Below, piece by piece: positions 1-8,533 of a stretch of DNA of 64,000 nt (its first letter is position 1; each line of letters starts with the position of its first letter). The DNA is from Gemmatimonadota bacterium (GTDB lineage: Bacteria > Gemmatimonadota > Gemmatimonadetes > Gemmatimonadales > GWC2-71-9). The notes under the pieces were generated by a model. That model did no database searches. It was not told the origin of the DNA and worked only from the letters and a program-made list of their open reading frames with translations. The translations under genes were made by a program, and so were the position numbers. The stretch lies in contig JANMHX010000155.1 in the NCBI GenBank assembly GCA_031375485.1, positions 8,491 through 72,490 on the forward strand, written 5' to 3'.

Positions 1-2
1 CG

Positions 3-1748
3 GACCGCTATCCGGTCGAGCAGGGCGATTTTCGTGGTGTCCGTCTGGTGCCATTGCTGACCGAGTCGCTGGAGAGCAGCCAGGCCGCGCTCGGCGATCC
101 CCGGCAGCCGCTCCGGTATGTCGCGGCCGGCCTGGCGCTGCTCCTCCTCATCACCATCACCAATCTCGCCAACCTGGCCGTGGCCCGGACAGCCGCCCGG
201 GCCGCCGAGCTCGAGTTGCGCGGTGCGTTAGGCGCCGGCCGCGGCCGGTTGATTCGGTTGGTGGCCATCGAGACCGCGGCCGTGGCCTTGGTGGGCGGGC
301 TCTTGGGATGCGTCCTGGGTGTCGCCGGGATCGCCGAGGTCCGGCGCCGGGCCGGGGGGCTGCTCCCGCGGGCCGAGGAGATCGGACTCGATCCGGTTTT
401 GATCTGGGCCACGCTCGGACTGGTGATGACGGTCGTGATGCTGGTGGGCGTGGTTCCCACCATGTTGGCGCTCCGGTCGGTCGGTCGGGTAACCGGGTCC
501 TCTCATCGGGTGGCAGGGAACCGGGCGCACCACCGGCTTCGGCGCGGGCTGGTCGTGGCGCAGGTCGCGTTCGCGGTCATCATGGCGATCGGTGCGAGTT
601 TGGTGACGGAGAGTCTGGTCCGAAGCCTCGAAGTTCCGCTCGGATTCGAGCCGGACGGCCTCGCGACCGCCCTGGTCGAACCGAACGTCGAGGATTACCG
701 TGATCCCTCCCGCCTCGTTGCCCTGTATCGACAACTCGCGCTCGAGTTCAAATCGATTCCGGGGGTTACCGCGACCGGGCTGGTGAGCCACGCGCCGCTC
801 GTGTCCGGCTCGATGTCGACGCGAGTCTTGGTCGGGGAAGAAGACGCCGCCGATGCCGCCGCCGGACGCCCGGCCATGTTCGTCGCCACCGACCCCGACT
901 ACTTCAAAACGGCCGGGATTCCGGTTCGGAAGGGCCGCCTGTTCGAGGACGCCGATCTGGCCGCCGAAAATGGCAGCCTCATCGTCAATGAAGGATTCGC
1001 CGCTCGGCTCTGGCCGGGGCGCGATCCGATCGGACAACGGATCGGGATCTTCCGCTCGGTCATGGGCCGGGCCGACTTCGGTCAGCCGATCGAGGGCCGG
1101 ATCGTGGGTGTCGTCGGTGATGTGCGCCATTGGGGCGCCGAGATTGCTTCGCCTGATATGGTGTATGTGCCCTTTACCTGGAACCCATGGCGGCACACCC
1201 AACTCGTGGTCCGAGGATCGCCGGCCGCGATGGGCCGCCTCGTTCCGACGCTGGAGACGTCGATGCGCCGCCTCCACCCCGAGTTGGCGACGCGCGGGGC
1301 CGCCGGACCGTCGATCCAAACGTTCGACCGCGCCCGGCAGGCCTCGGAGCTTCCCCGACGATTGCTGACGTGGCTGATCGTCGGGTTCGGTGCCGCCGCG
1401 CTGGCGCTGGTTTCCGTCGGCCTCTATGCCGTGATCTCATATCTGGTCGGTCAGCGAAGCCGAGAACTCGGAGTGCGCCTCGCGCTTGGGGCGACGAGGC
1501 AGCGGGTGGCCCTGATGGTGCTGGGCGATGTTGCCGGGCTAGTCGGGATTGGGCTCGTGGTGGGCCTCGCGGTGGCGTTTCTTGGCGCCGAGGCCACTCG
1601 GGGTCTCGTGTTCGGCATCGGCCCGCGCGATCCGATGGCCTACGGGGTTGGAGTGCTGATCCTCACGATCGTTGCGCTCGCGGCGTCCGTGGGCCCGGCC
1701 CGGCGCGCGGCGGATACCGACCTTACCGCGGTGCTCCGCGGCGATTGA
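3..1748 (+). CDS. ADOP-family (MacB/FtsX duplicated) ABC-type permease, 5'-truncated by window edge
   Basis: Frame open from base 3. Has NLANLAVAR, ELRGALGAGRGRL, GLVVAQVA, GLYAVISYLVGQRSRELGVRLALGA and the C-terminal LTAVLRGD typical of ADOPs. Confidence 0.9.
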   Translation, partial: DRYPVEQGDFRGVRLVPLLTESLESSQAALGDPRQPLRYVAAGLALLLLITITNLANLAVARTAARAAELELRGALGAGRGRLIRLVAIETAAVALVGGLLGCVLGVAGIAEVRRRAGGLLPRAEEIGLDPVLIWATLGLVMTVVMLVGVVPTMLALRSVGRVTGSSHRVAGNRAHHRLRRGLVVAQVAFAVIMAIGASLVTESLVRSLEVPLGFEPDGLATALVEPNVEDYRDPSRLVALYRQLALEFKSIPGVTATGLVSHAPLVSGSMSTRVLVGEEDAADAAAGRPAMFVATDPDYFKTAGIPVRKGRLFEDADLAAENGSLIVNEGFAARLWPGRDPIGQRIGIFRSVMGRADFGQPIEGRIVGVVGDVRHWGAEIASPDMVYVPFTWNPWRHTQLVVRGSPAAMGRLVPTLETSMRRLHPELATRGAAGPSIQTFDRARQASELPRRLLTWLIVGFGAAALALVSVGLYAVISYLVGQRSRELGVRLALGATRQRVALMVLGDVAGLVGIGLVVGLAVAFLGAEATRGLVFGIGPRDPMAYGVGVLILTIVALAASVGPARRAADTDLTAVLRGD

Positions 1749-1779
1749 CGGCTCGGGCCGTCGAGCCATCGCCGCCACC

Positions 1780-1808
1780 GGCGACCGTGGGATGAACCCA
1801 CGGCCGCC
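1780..1808. terminator. GC-rich hairpin between convergent genes (terminator or REP-like)
   Basis: ggcgaccgtggg-atgaa-cccacggccgcc, 12-bp stem with one mismatch. Confidence 0.5.
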
Positions 1809-1822
1809 GCTTCGGGATGATT

Positions 1823-4800
1823 TTACCGCGGGGGGGCCGGCCGCCGCGACCGGATCGGCGGCGCCGGTTCCGGTTTGAGCATCACGGGCTTCTCACGCAA
1901 CAGCCGGAGTGCTTCCTGAACACCCCGTTCCAGTTGCGGGTCTTGCCCGGCCAACACCGCCTTGGGCGTCATCTCGACTTCGATGTCCGGCGCAATGCCT
2001 TCGTTCTCGATGGCCCACTTGCCGCTCAGATCGAAGAACCCGCCGCGCGGCGCTAACATCGCGCCGCCGTCGATCAACGGCGGAGTATCCCAGATCCCGA
2101 CCAGGCCGCCCCAGGTCTTGGTGCCGATCAACGGTCCGATTTTCATCCGCCGAAACATGAACGGAAGCATGTCGCCGCCGGAACCGGCGCTCTCGTTGAT
2201 CAGCATGACTTTGGGTCCCCAAATGCCGGCGGCGGGCGTCGTGAACGGGCGCCGTTCGCCGATCGGGTTGTTGAAATATCCGTGGAGGTCGCGGGCGACG
2301 ATGTCCACGATGTAGTCGGCCACCGAGCCGCCGCCGTTGAACCGCTCGTCGAGAATCACGCCTTGCCGGTCTTGCTGGGCGTAGTAGTACCGGTTGAAGA
2401 ACGTGTAGCCGCCCTGGCCGGTGTTCGGCAGATAGACGTACGCCAGTTTGCCGCCCGACAGCTGGTCGACCTTCCGGCGGTTGCCTTCGACCCAGTCGAA
2501 CAGCCGGAGCCCTGATTCGCTGGCCACGGGAATGACGGTGACGCGGCGGGCCCCGTCGGAGCCCGGCCGGCTGCCTACCGTGATCACGGTCTGTTTCCCG
2601 GCCGTGCCTTCGAGGAAACGCTGGATGTTGTCGGTGCCGGCCACCTCCGCACCATTGATCGCCAGGACGTAGTCACCGACGTTGACGTCGATGCCGGGTG
2701 CGCCGAGCGGGGCTTTGAGCGTCGGGTTCCAGCTCTCGCCGGTATAGATCTTGGCGATCCGGTACCGGCCGTTGTCGATGGCGTAGTCGACGCCGAGGAG
2801 CCCGTTGTTGACCGTGGGCACGCTGGGCAGGTCGCCGGGGAATACGAACGAGTGACCGACCGCCACTTCGCCGCCCATCATGTCCTGCAGGTAGACGAGG
2901 TCCGAACGGTGACGAACGTCGTCGGCCATGGCATTGTAGAGCGCCTTGGTTTTGACGTAGTCGGCGCCGTGGAGGTTCGGGACGTAGAGGAAATCGCGCT
3001 GGAACCGCCAGCCTTCGTCGAACATTTGCCGGAACTCGGCCCGCGGATCGACCATGATCTGCACCGAGGCCAGATTGAGCGCGCCTGATCCCGCCGCAGG
3101 CGGTCCCTTGTCGGCGTCGACGATGTTCCAGCTACCGGCAGCTCCCTGATAGAGCAGTTTCTTGCCGTCGGCCGAGACCCGGAAGTCGCGGACACCGGTC
3201 GAAAATGCGATGGTCTTGCGGTCGGACAGCTGGTACCGATGCAGCGTGTTGCCCGGCGAGGGACCCGCCGCGGCTCCGGTGGCCGGGATGTCCTCCATGA
3301 AGAAGATGGTGCCGGCCGCTCCGGCTCGAAGGCCCGAGTAGTCCCGCAGGGCCACGCTGAGCGGGACGATCCGGTTGGCGAGCCCGTCGAAGTCGATGGT
3401 GACGGCCTTCGAGGTATCGGGTTTGACTTTCGTGGTGTCGACGGCCTTCTCGTCGTCGCTTTCGGGCAAAACGGGCGAGGGCTCGCCCTTCTTGAGCACC
3501 GCGAGGTAGACCGCGCGGGTCACCGGCCGCTGATAGGACTGCATCTCGAGCCACTCGGTGTTGAGGCCGAAGTCGGTCGAGGCCAGGAAGTAGAGATACT
3601 TGCCGGACGCGTCCCAGGCCGGCCAGATCGCGTCGGCCATCCCGTCGGTTACTTGGGAAACCTTGCCGGTCGCGACCTCGGCGACGAACACCGAATGCAG
3701 TTGGGTTACCAGCCGTTTGGTGTAGGTGATCCACTTCGAATCGGGGCTCCACGACGGATTCATCGACCGCTCGGGCACCATGTAGTTGTCGGTGTCGAGG
3801 TGGGTGGTCTTGGCCGTCGCGATGTCGACGACCCACAGTTTGAGGCCCGTGTCGGTGAACAACAACTTCTTCGAGTCGGGTGACCACTGCGGGGTGTATT
3901 GGAACGTCGGCGTCGGGAGGTCGATCTCCCGGGGCGGAGCGCTCCGGTCAGCGGGCGAGATAACCAACCGGTACTCGCCGCTCTTGTCACTGAACCACGA
4001 AATCCACTTTCCGTCCGGCGACCAGGCCGGGTTCCGCTCGGCGCTGCCCGACGACGCGGTCAAATTCCGCCAGTCGCCCTTTTCGGCTGGGACGGTGATG
4101 ATGTCGCCGCGGGCCTCGATGACGGCGCGCTTGCCGGTGGGCGAGAGGGCCGCGTTGAACACCAGGCCGGTTACCGGCTTCCACTGCGGGGTGAGCCAGG
4201 GGAAATCGCCCCGGACGGTGATGTTGACCGCTTGGCTCTGTCCGGTCTTCGGATCGAGGGTGTGGATCCGGCCGCCTTTTTCGAACGCCAGCATCCCGCC
4301 GCCGGCCGCCAAGGTCTTGATGTCGTAGTCGGTGAACTTGGTGACTTGAGTCAGTTGCTTGGTCCGGGTCTGATAGGACCAGAGATTCATCAAGTAGTCG
4401 CGGTCGGACAGGAAGTAGACCGTTTCGCCGATCCAGACCGGCTCGACGTCACGGCTCTCCGTCCACGGCGGTGAGTCGACGTCGTTGGTCTCGAGGTTCT
4501 GGATCCACACCGGCCGGGTTTGGCCGCCGCGGTAGTTCCGCCACTCCGGGTCGGAGAAGTTCGGCATCACGTACGCCATCCGCTTCCCGTCCGGGCTTAG
4601 CGTACCCCGAGAGGCCCGCGGCACCGGCAAGGCCAGCTCAGGTCCGCCGTCGATCGACACGGTCCACGGCTTGGTGTAGGCCGCCGGCGCCGAGGCCCGG
4701 CTCGAGACGAAGACGACCCGGCGGCTGTCGGGCGTCCAACCGATGACGCTCGAGCGCGCCGGGTGCCAAGTCAGCCGTTTGGGCTCGCCGCCTTCGACCG

Positions 4801-5071
4801 GCACGAGGTACACCGACTCGGTGCCGGCGTACTTGCCGGAAAACGCCACCCAGCGTCCGTCGGGCGACAATTTCGGATCGGCCGTCTCACCCTGGAAACT
4901 GGTGAGCCGCCGGGCATCGCCACCGGTGCGGTCCACGATCCAGATGTTGTTGGCGTAGGCAAACGCGATCTGCTTGTCGCTGATCGACGGCTGCCGGACC
5001 AGGAGAGTTTGGGCGGCGGCAGGAACCGATAGTCCGACTGCGGTGGCGAGGAGCAGGCAACGAAAGCGCAT
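1823..5071 (-). CDS. Secreted tricorn-like protease (S41 family; beta-propellers, PDZ, C-terminal catalytic domain)
   Basis: Start moved to MRFRCLLLATAVGL (signal peptide). PD40-type repeats (PAWSPDGK), PDZ (DYVLAING), DERFNGGG and catalytic SAGSGGDMLP. Confidence 0.92.
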   Translation of the reverse strand: MRFRCLLLATAVGLSVPAAAQTLLVRQPSISDKQIAFAYANNIWIVDRTGGDARRLTSFQGETADPKLSPDGRWVAFSGKYAGTESVYLVPVEGGEPKRLTWHPARSSVIGWTPDSRRVVFVSSRASAPAAYTKPWTVSIDGGPELALPVPRASRGTLSPDGKRMAYVMPNFSDPEWRNYRGGQTRPVWIQNLETNDVDSPPWTESRDVEPVWIGETVYFLSDRDYLMNLWSYQTRTKQLTQVTKFTDYDIKTLAAGGGMLAFEKGGRIHTLDPKTGQSQAVNITVRGDFPWLTPQWKPVTGLVFNAALSPTGKRAVIEARGDIITVPAEKGDWRNLTASSGSAERNPAWSPDGKWISWFSDKSGEYRLVISPADRSAPPREIDLPTPTFQYTPQWSPDSKKLLFTDTGLKLWVVDIATAKTTHLDTDNYMVPERSMNPSWSPDSKWITYTKRLVTQLHSVFVAEVATGKVSQVTDGMADAIWPAWDASGKYLYFLASTDFGLNTEWLEMQSYQRPVTRAVYLAVLKKGEPSPVLPESDDEKAVDTTKVKPDTSKAVTIDFDGLANRIVPLSVALRDYSGLRAGAAGTIFFMEDIPATGAAAGPSPGNTLHRYQLSDRKTIAFSTGVRDFRVSADGKKLLYQGAAGSWNIVDADKGPPAAGSGALNLASVQIMVDPRAEFRQMFDEGWRFQRDFLYVPNLHGADYVKTKALYNAMADDVRHRSDLVYLQDMMGGEVAVGHSFVFPGDLPSVPTVNNGLLGVDYAIDNGRYRIAKIYTGESWNPTLKAPLGAPGIDVNVGDYVLAINGAEVAGTDNIQRFLEGTAGKQTVITVGSRPGSDGARRVTVIPVASESGLRLFDWVEGNRRKVDQLSGGKLAYVYLPNTGQGGYTFFNRYYYAQQDRQGVILDERFNGGGSVADYIVDIVARDLHGYFNNPIGERRPFTTPAAGIWGPKVMLINESAGSGGDMLPFMFRRMKIGPLIGTKTWGGLVGIWDTPPLIDGGAMLAPRGGFFDLSGKWAIENEGIAPDIEVEMTPKAVLAGQDPQLERGVQEALRLLREKPVMLKPEPAPPIRSRRPAPPR

Positions 5072-5163
5072 CGATATTTCCAGAGTGAGGTGAAGGACTC
5101 GGATCTGACCTGAAGCAATAGCTTGGCCCGATCCGTAGGGCAATGAGCCCATTGGGAGTCGAA

Positions 5164-6015
5164 ATGAATATTCGTACGATCCTCGCCGTGGTCGCCGTGG
5201 CCGGGCTGGCCGGCCACCAGGACCGGCCCTCGATTTTTGCCGCCGGCTCGGTGTCGACCGAGGCCCCGGAGTTTGCCGTCACGTTCTCGCCGGATGGCCG
5301 GGAGGCGTTCTTCAACCGGACCTCGGCGGACCGCCGAACGATGGTCATCATGACGTCGCGGCGGACCGATGGGCGGTGGTCCGATCCGATCCCCGCGCCG
5401 TTCTCCGGGGCCAGTCTCGATATCGATCCGTTCCTCGCGCCCGACGGGACCCGGCTCTACTTCAGCTCGAATCGGCCCCGTGCCTCCGGCAAGCCGGGCG
5501 ACTTCAACACCTGGTACGTCGAACGGACCGCCGGCGGTTGGAGCGCGCCGGTCGACCCGGGACCGCCCCTCAACTCGGACTCGTCCGAGGTCTTCGTGTC
5601 CCTCGCCAAGGACGGGACCATCGTTTTTACCTCGAACCGGAGCGGGGTGGCCCGGGTGTATTTGGCCCGGCGCACCTCCACTGGTTGGACCGCACCCGAG
5701 GCGATCGCGTTCGGTGCGCTGTCCGGCGGCAGCAACCCGATGATCGATCCCGACGGGCGGTTCGTGGTGCTCGTGGCCGCCGGTCCCGACGACCGCGCCG
5801 ATCTCCACCTCAGTTGCCGCCGCGGCACTGAGTGGGGCGACCCGATCCGGCTTCCCAATGTCAACTCGCGCTGGGCGGACTTTGCCCCGGCATTCGGCCC
5901 GTCGGGGAGACTGTACTTCACCTCGGAACGACCCGGGCTCATCGGGGCGGTGGCTGATTCGGTTCGCCCGCCCGGCGATATCTACTCCGCCGAATTGCCT
6001 CGGCTCTGCCCCTAG
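5164..6015 (+). CDS. Secreted PD40/WD40-like (TolB-type) beta-propeller protein
   Basis: GGGAG RBS before MNIRTILAVVAVAG. Repeats FSPDGREAFF, LAPDGTRLYFSSNR and FGPSGRLYFTSER. Confidence 0.8.
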   Translation: MNIRTILAVVAVAGLAGHQDRPSIFAAGSVSTEAPEFAVTFSPDGREAFFNRTSADRRTMVIMTSRRTDGRWSDPIPAPFSGASLDIDPFLAPDGTRLYFSSNRPRASGKPGDFNTWYVERTAGGWSAPVDPGPPLNSDSSEVFVSLAKDGTIVFTSNRSGVARVYLARRTSTGWTAPEAIAFGALSGGSNPMIDPDGRFVVLVAAGPDDRADLHLSCRRGTEWGDPIRLPNVNSRWADFAPAFGPSGRLYFTSERPGLIGAVADSVRPPGDIYSAELPRLCP

Positions 6016-8454
6016 CTATTCCTGACGGAGCACCACGACGGGGTTCACGAGGGCGGCGCGGCGGGCCGGAATCCAAATGGCCAATACCGCCACCGCGCCG
6101 AGCACGGCGGGGACGATCGCAAACACCACGGGGTCGAGTCCGGTGCCGTAGAGGATGCCACTCATCAGGCGGCCGCCACCCGCCGCGCCGGCCAGGCCGA
6201 TCCCGATCCCGATTCCGACCAGCCGGAGCCCGTCTCGCATCAGCAACCGGACGATCGACGCCCCGCCCGCACCGATGGCCAGGCGGATCCCGATCTCGCG
6301 ATGCCGCTGCGCCACCGAGTGCGACATGACGCCATAGACCCCGAGCGAGGCGAGCACCAACCCGAGCACCCCGAAAACGCCGAGCACGGTCGCGGCCAGG
6401 CGGGCCGGCAAGAACGCCATTCCCATCCGGTTCGTCATGGTTTGCACGTTCGCCAGGGGCAGATTCGGATCGAGCGTGGCTACTTCCTGCCGGAGAGCCG
6501 GCACCACCAACGTCGGATCGCCGGTGGTCCGGATCAGAATGTTCATGCCGGTCCGCCAGTGCTGGGCTTGGGCCAGATACATGTACGCCGTCGGATCTTC
6601 GCCTAACGATCGGTACTTCCCAGTGGTCGTCAGGCCGATCACGGTGTGGTCGTTGTCGCCGACCCGGACCGTCCGCCCGATCGGATCCTGATTGGGCCAG
6701 AACCGATCCGCGAACCGTTGGTTGATCACGATGGAACGGGCCGCGAGGGAATCGTCCTGCTCGGTAAACCCGCGGCCCCCGACGAGCGGGGTGCCCATGG
6801 CCTCAAAGAACCCCGGGGTGACGATCGCGACGTTGATCGACATGCTTTCGTTCGGACTTGGGGTGTAGCCGGGAATCGTCACGCCCCAATCGCTGCCGCT
6901 CAGTGAGAGGGGCAGCGCGTCAGCCAGGCCCACCGCCGTCACCGTCGGCAGCGCCCTGAGCCGCTCCCGGAGCTGGCGGTAGAACTGTTCTGTGCGGGCC
7001 CGTGAATACCCCTGCATCCCGGGATCGACATCGGCCGCGACCAGATGCTCGCTGGCGAATCCCTTGTCGATCGTCGTCGCGGCCTGGAGGTTTCTGAGGA
7101 ACAGCCCCGCCGAGATCAGGAGGACGATCGACAGTCCCATCTGGGCCACGACGAGACCCCGGCTCATCCGCGACCGCGAGCCGCCGGCCGGCGCCTCGCC
7201 CTTCAGCGTTGGGATCAAATCGGGGCGGGTGGCTTGGAGAGCCGGAGCCAGCCCGAACAAGATCCCGGTTACCAGGGACACGGCGAGCGTGAAGACCAGC
7301 ACGGTCGGACTGATCCGGAGGTCCGGCGCCAGATCGATCGGCGCGGAAATCCCGCCACTCACCCGGTTGGCGATCCCAATGGCCCACCAGGCCACGATCA
7401 GGCCCGCCGCCCCGGCAATGGCCGCCAGCACCAGGCTTTCGGTCAGCAGTTGGCGGATCAACACCGAGCGTTGCGCTCCGATACTCAGCCGGACCGCCAT
7501 CTCCCTCGACCGATCCCGGGCCCGGGCCAGCATCAGGTTCGCCACGTTCACACAGGCAATCAGGAGCAACATGATCACGACGGCCATGATGACGGCGCTG
7601 AGCCCGACCTGGGCGCTCTTGAACATCGGATGAATGCCGGCCTCGGACTGGAGCACCAGGGTGATCCCGCTGGCTTTGTAGTCGTCCGGGTAGATCCGGC
7701 GGAGTTCCTCGATCAGTCGCCCCATCTGCAGGCGGGCTTCCTCAATCGTGACCTTCGGTTTGAGTCTGGCGATCAATTGGAGACTGTTGGTCCCTCGGTT
7801 TTCCCATCGGGAGGCCCCCGGCTCCAAGTGGTCGAGTTGGGTCAACGGGGCCCAGAGGACCGGACTCGCCAGGGGGAGTCCGCCCCGGAATCCCTCGGGT
7901 GTCACCCCGATCACGGAGTAACTCTCACCGTTCAGCACGATGGTGGTGCCGACGACATTCGGGTCGGCGCCAAACTGTTTCTTCCAGCCGGCATGGCTCA
8001 GGATGACCACGGGATGGGCTCGCCGGCCGCTGTCCTCGGCAGGAACGAAGGTCCGGCCCATCTCGGCCTTGACCCCCAGCAGCGAAAAAAAGTTGGCGGA
8101 AGCCACCTGGCCCATGATCCGTTGGGCTTGGCCCGCGGCCGAGAGATTCATCGGCATGAATCCCCACGCGGTCACATCGGTGAAGGTGTCCTTGCTCCGG
8201 TCTCTCACATCCTGGAAATGGGGGACCGAGTTCGAGCCCAGCGACTTCCCCGGCCAGCTCCGATAGAGCTGGACCAACCGATCGGCCGATTGGACGCCCG
8301 GCAGCGGCCGGAGTAACAAGGCGTCGAGCGCGGAGAACACCGCGGTGTTCAAGCCGATGCCGAGGGCGAGCGTGGTGATGACGACGAAGGTGAAGGCGGG
8401 GTTTTTCGCGATCATCCGGAACGCGGAGCGAAGATCGTGTCGGAGCGTATGCAT
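6016..8454 (-). CDS. ADOP-family ABC-type permease
   Basis: Start moved to MHTLRHDLRSAFR. Has KNPAFT..LALGIGLNTAVFS, LLIACVNVANL and the end VVVLRQE. Confidence 0.93.
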   Translation of the reverse strand: MHTLRHDLRSAFRMIAKNPAFTFVVITTLALGIGLNTAVFSALDALLLRPLPGVQSADRLVQLYRSWPGKSLGSNSVPHFQDVRDRSKDTFTDVTAWGFMPMNLSAAGQAQRIMGQVASANFFSLLGVKAEMGRTFVPAEDSGRRAHPVVILSHAGWKKQFGADPNVVGTTIVLNGESYSVIGVTPEGFRGGLPLASPVLWAPLTQLDHLEPGASRWENRGTNSLQLIARLKPKVTIEEARLQMGRLIEELRRIYPDDYKASGITLVLQSEAGIHPMFKSAQVGLSAVIMAVVIMLLLIACVNVANLMLARARDRSREMAVRLSIGAQRSVLIRQLLTESLVLAAIAGAAGLIVAWWAIGIANRVSGGISAPIDLAPDLRISPTVLVFTLAVSLVTGILFGLAPALQATRPDLIPTLKGEAPAGGSRSRMSRGLVVAQMGLSIVLLISAGLFLRNLQAATTIDKGFASEHLVAADVDPGMQGYSRARTEQFYRQLRERLRALPTVTAVGLADALPLSLSGSDWGVTIPGYTPSPNESMSINVAIVTPGFFEAMGTPLVGGRGFTEQDDSLAARSIVINQRFADRFWPNQDPIGRTVRVGDNDHTVIGLTTTGKYRSLGEDPTAYMYLAQAQHWRTGMNILIRTTGDPTLVVPALRQEVATLDPNLPLANVQTMTNRMGMAFLPARLAATVLGVFGVLGLVLASLGVYGVMSHSVAQRHREIGIRLAIGAGGASIVRLLMRDGLRLVGIGIGIGLAGAAGGGRLMSGILYGTGLDPVVFAIVPAVLGAVAVLAIWIPARRAALVNPVVVLRQE

Positions 8455-8485
8455 ACCGGGCCCGGGTTGCGAGAAGAACGCCACC

Positions 8486-8511
8486 TACGGCCCGGTGGGG
8501 TCCCCGGTTTC
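8486..8511 (-). promoter_or_regulatory. Possible ECF-sigma promoter for the ADOP gene at 8454
   Basis: Minus strand reads GAAAC-N17-CGTA (SigW-like), about 30 nt before the start. Confidence 0.35.
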
Positions 8512-8533
8512 GCTCATTGGCCAGCCGGTCGGT

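Noticed and set aside
6196-6220. (CCGATC)n short repeat, and the Pro-codon run at about 59070-59095
   Set aside because: The periods are multiples of 3 and are explained by GIGIG and poly-Pro coding.
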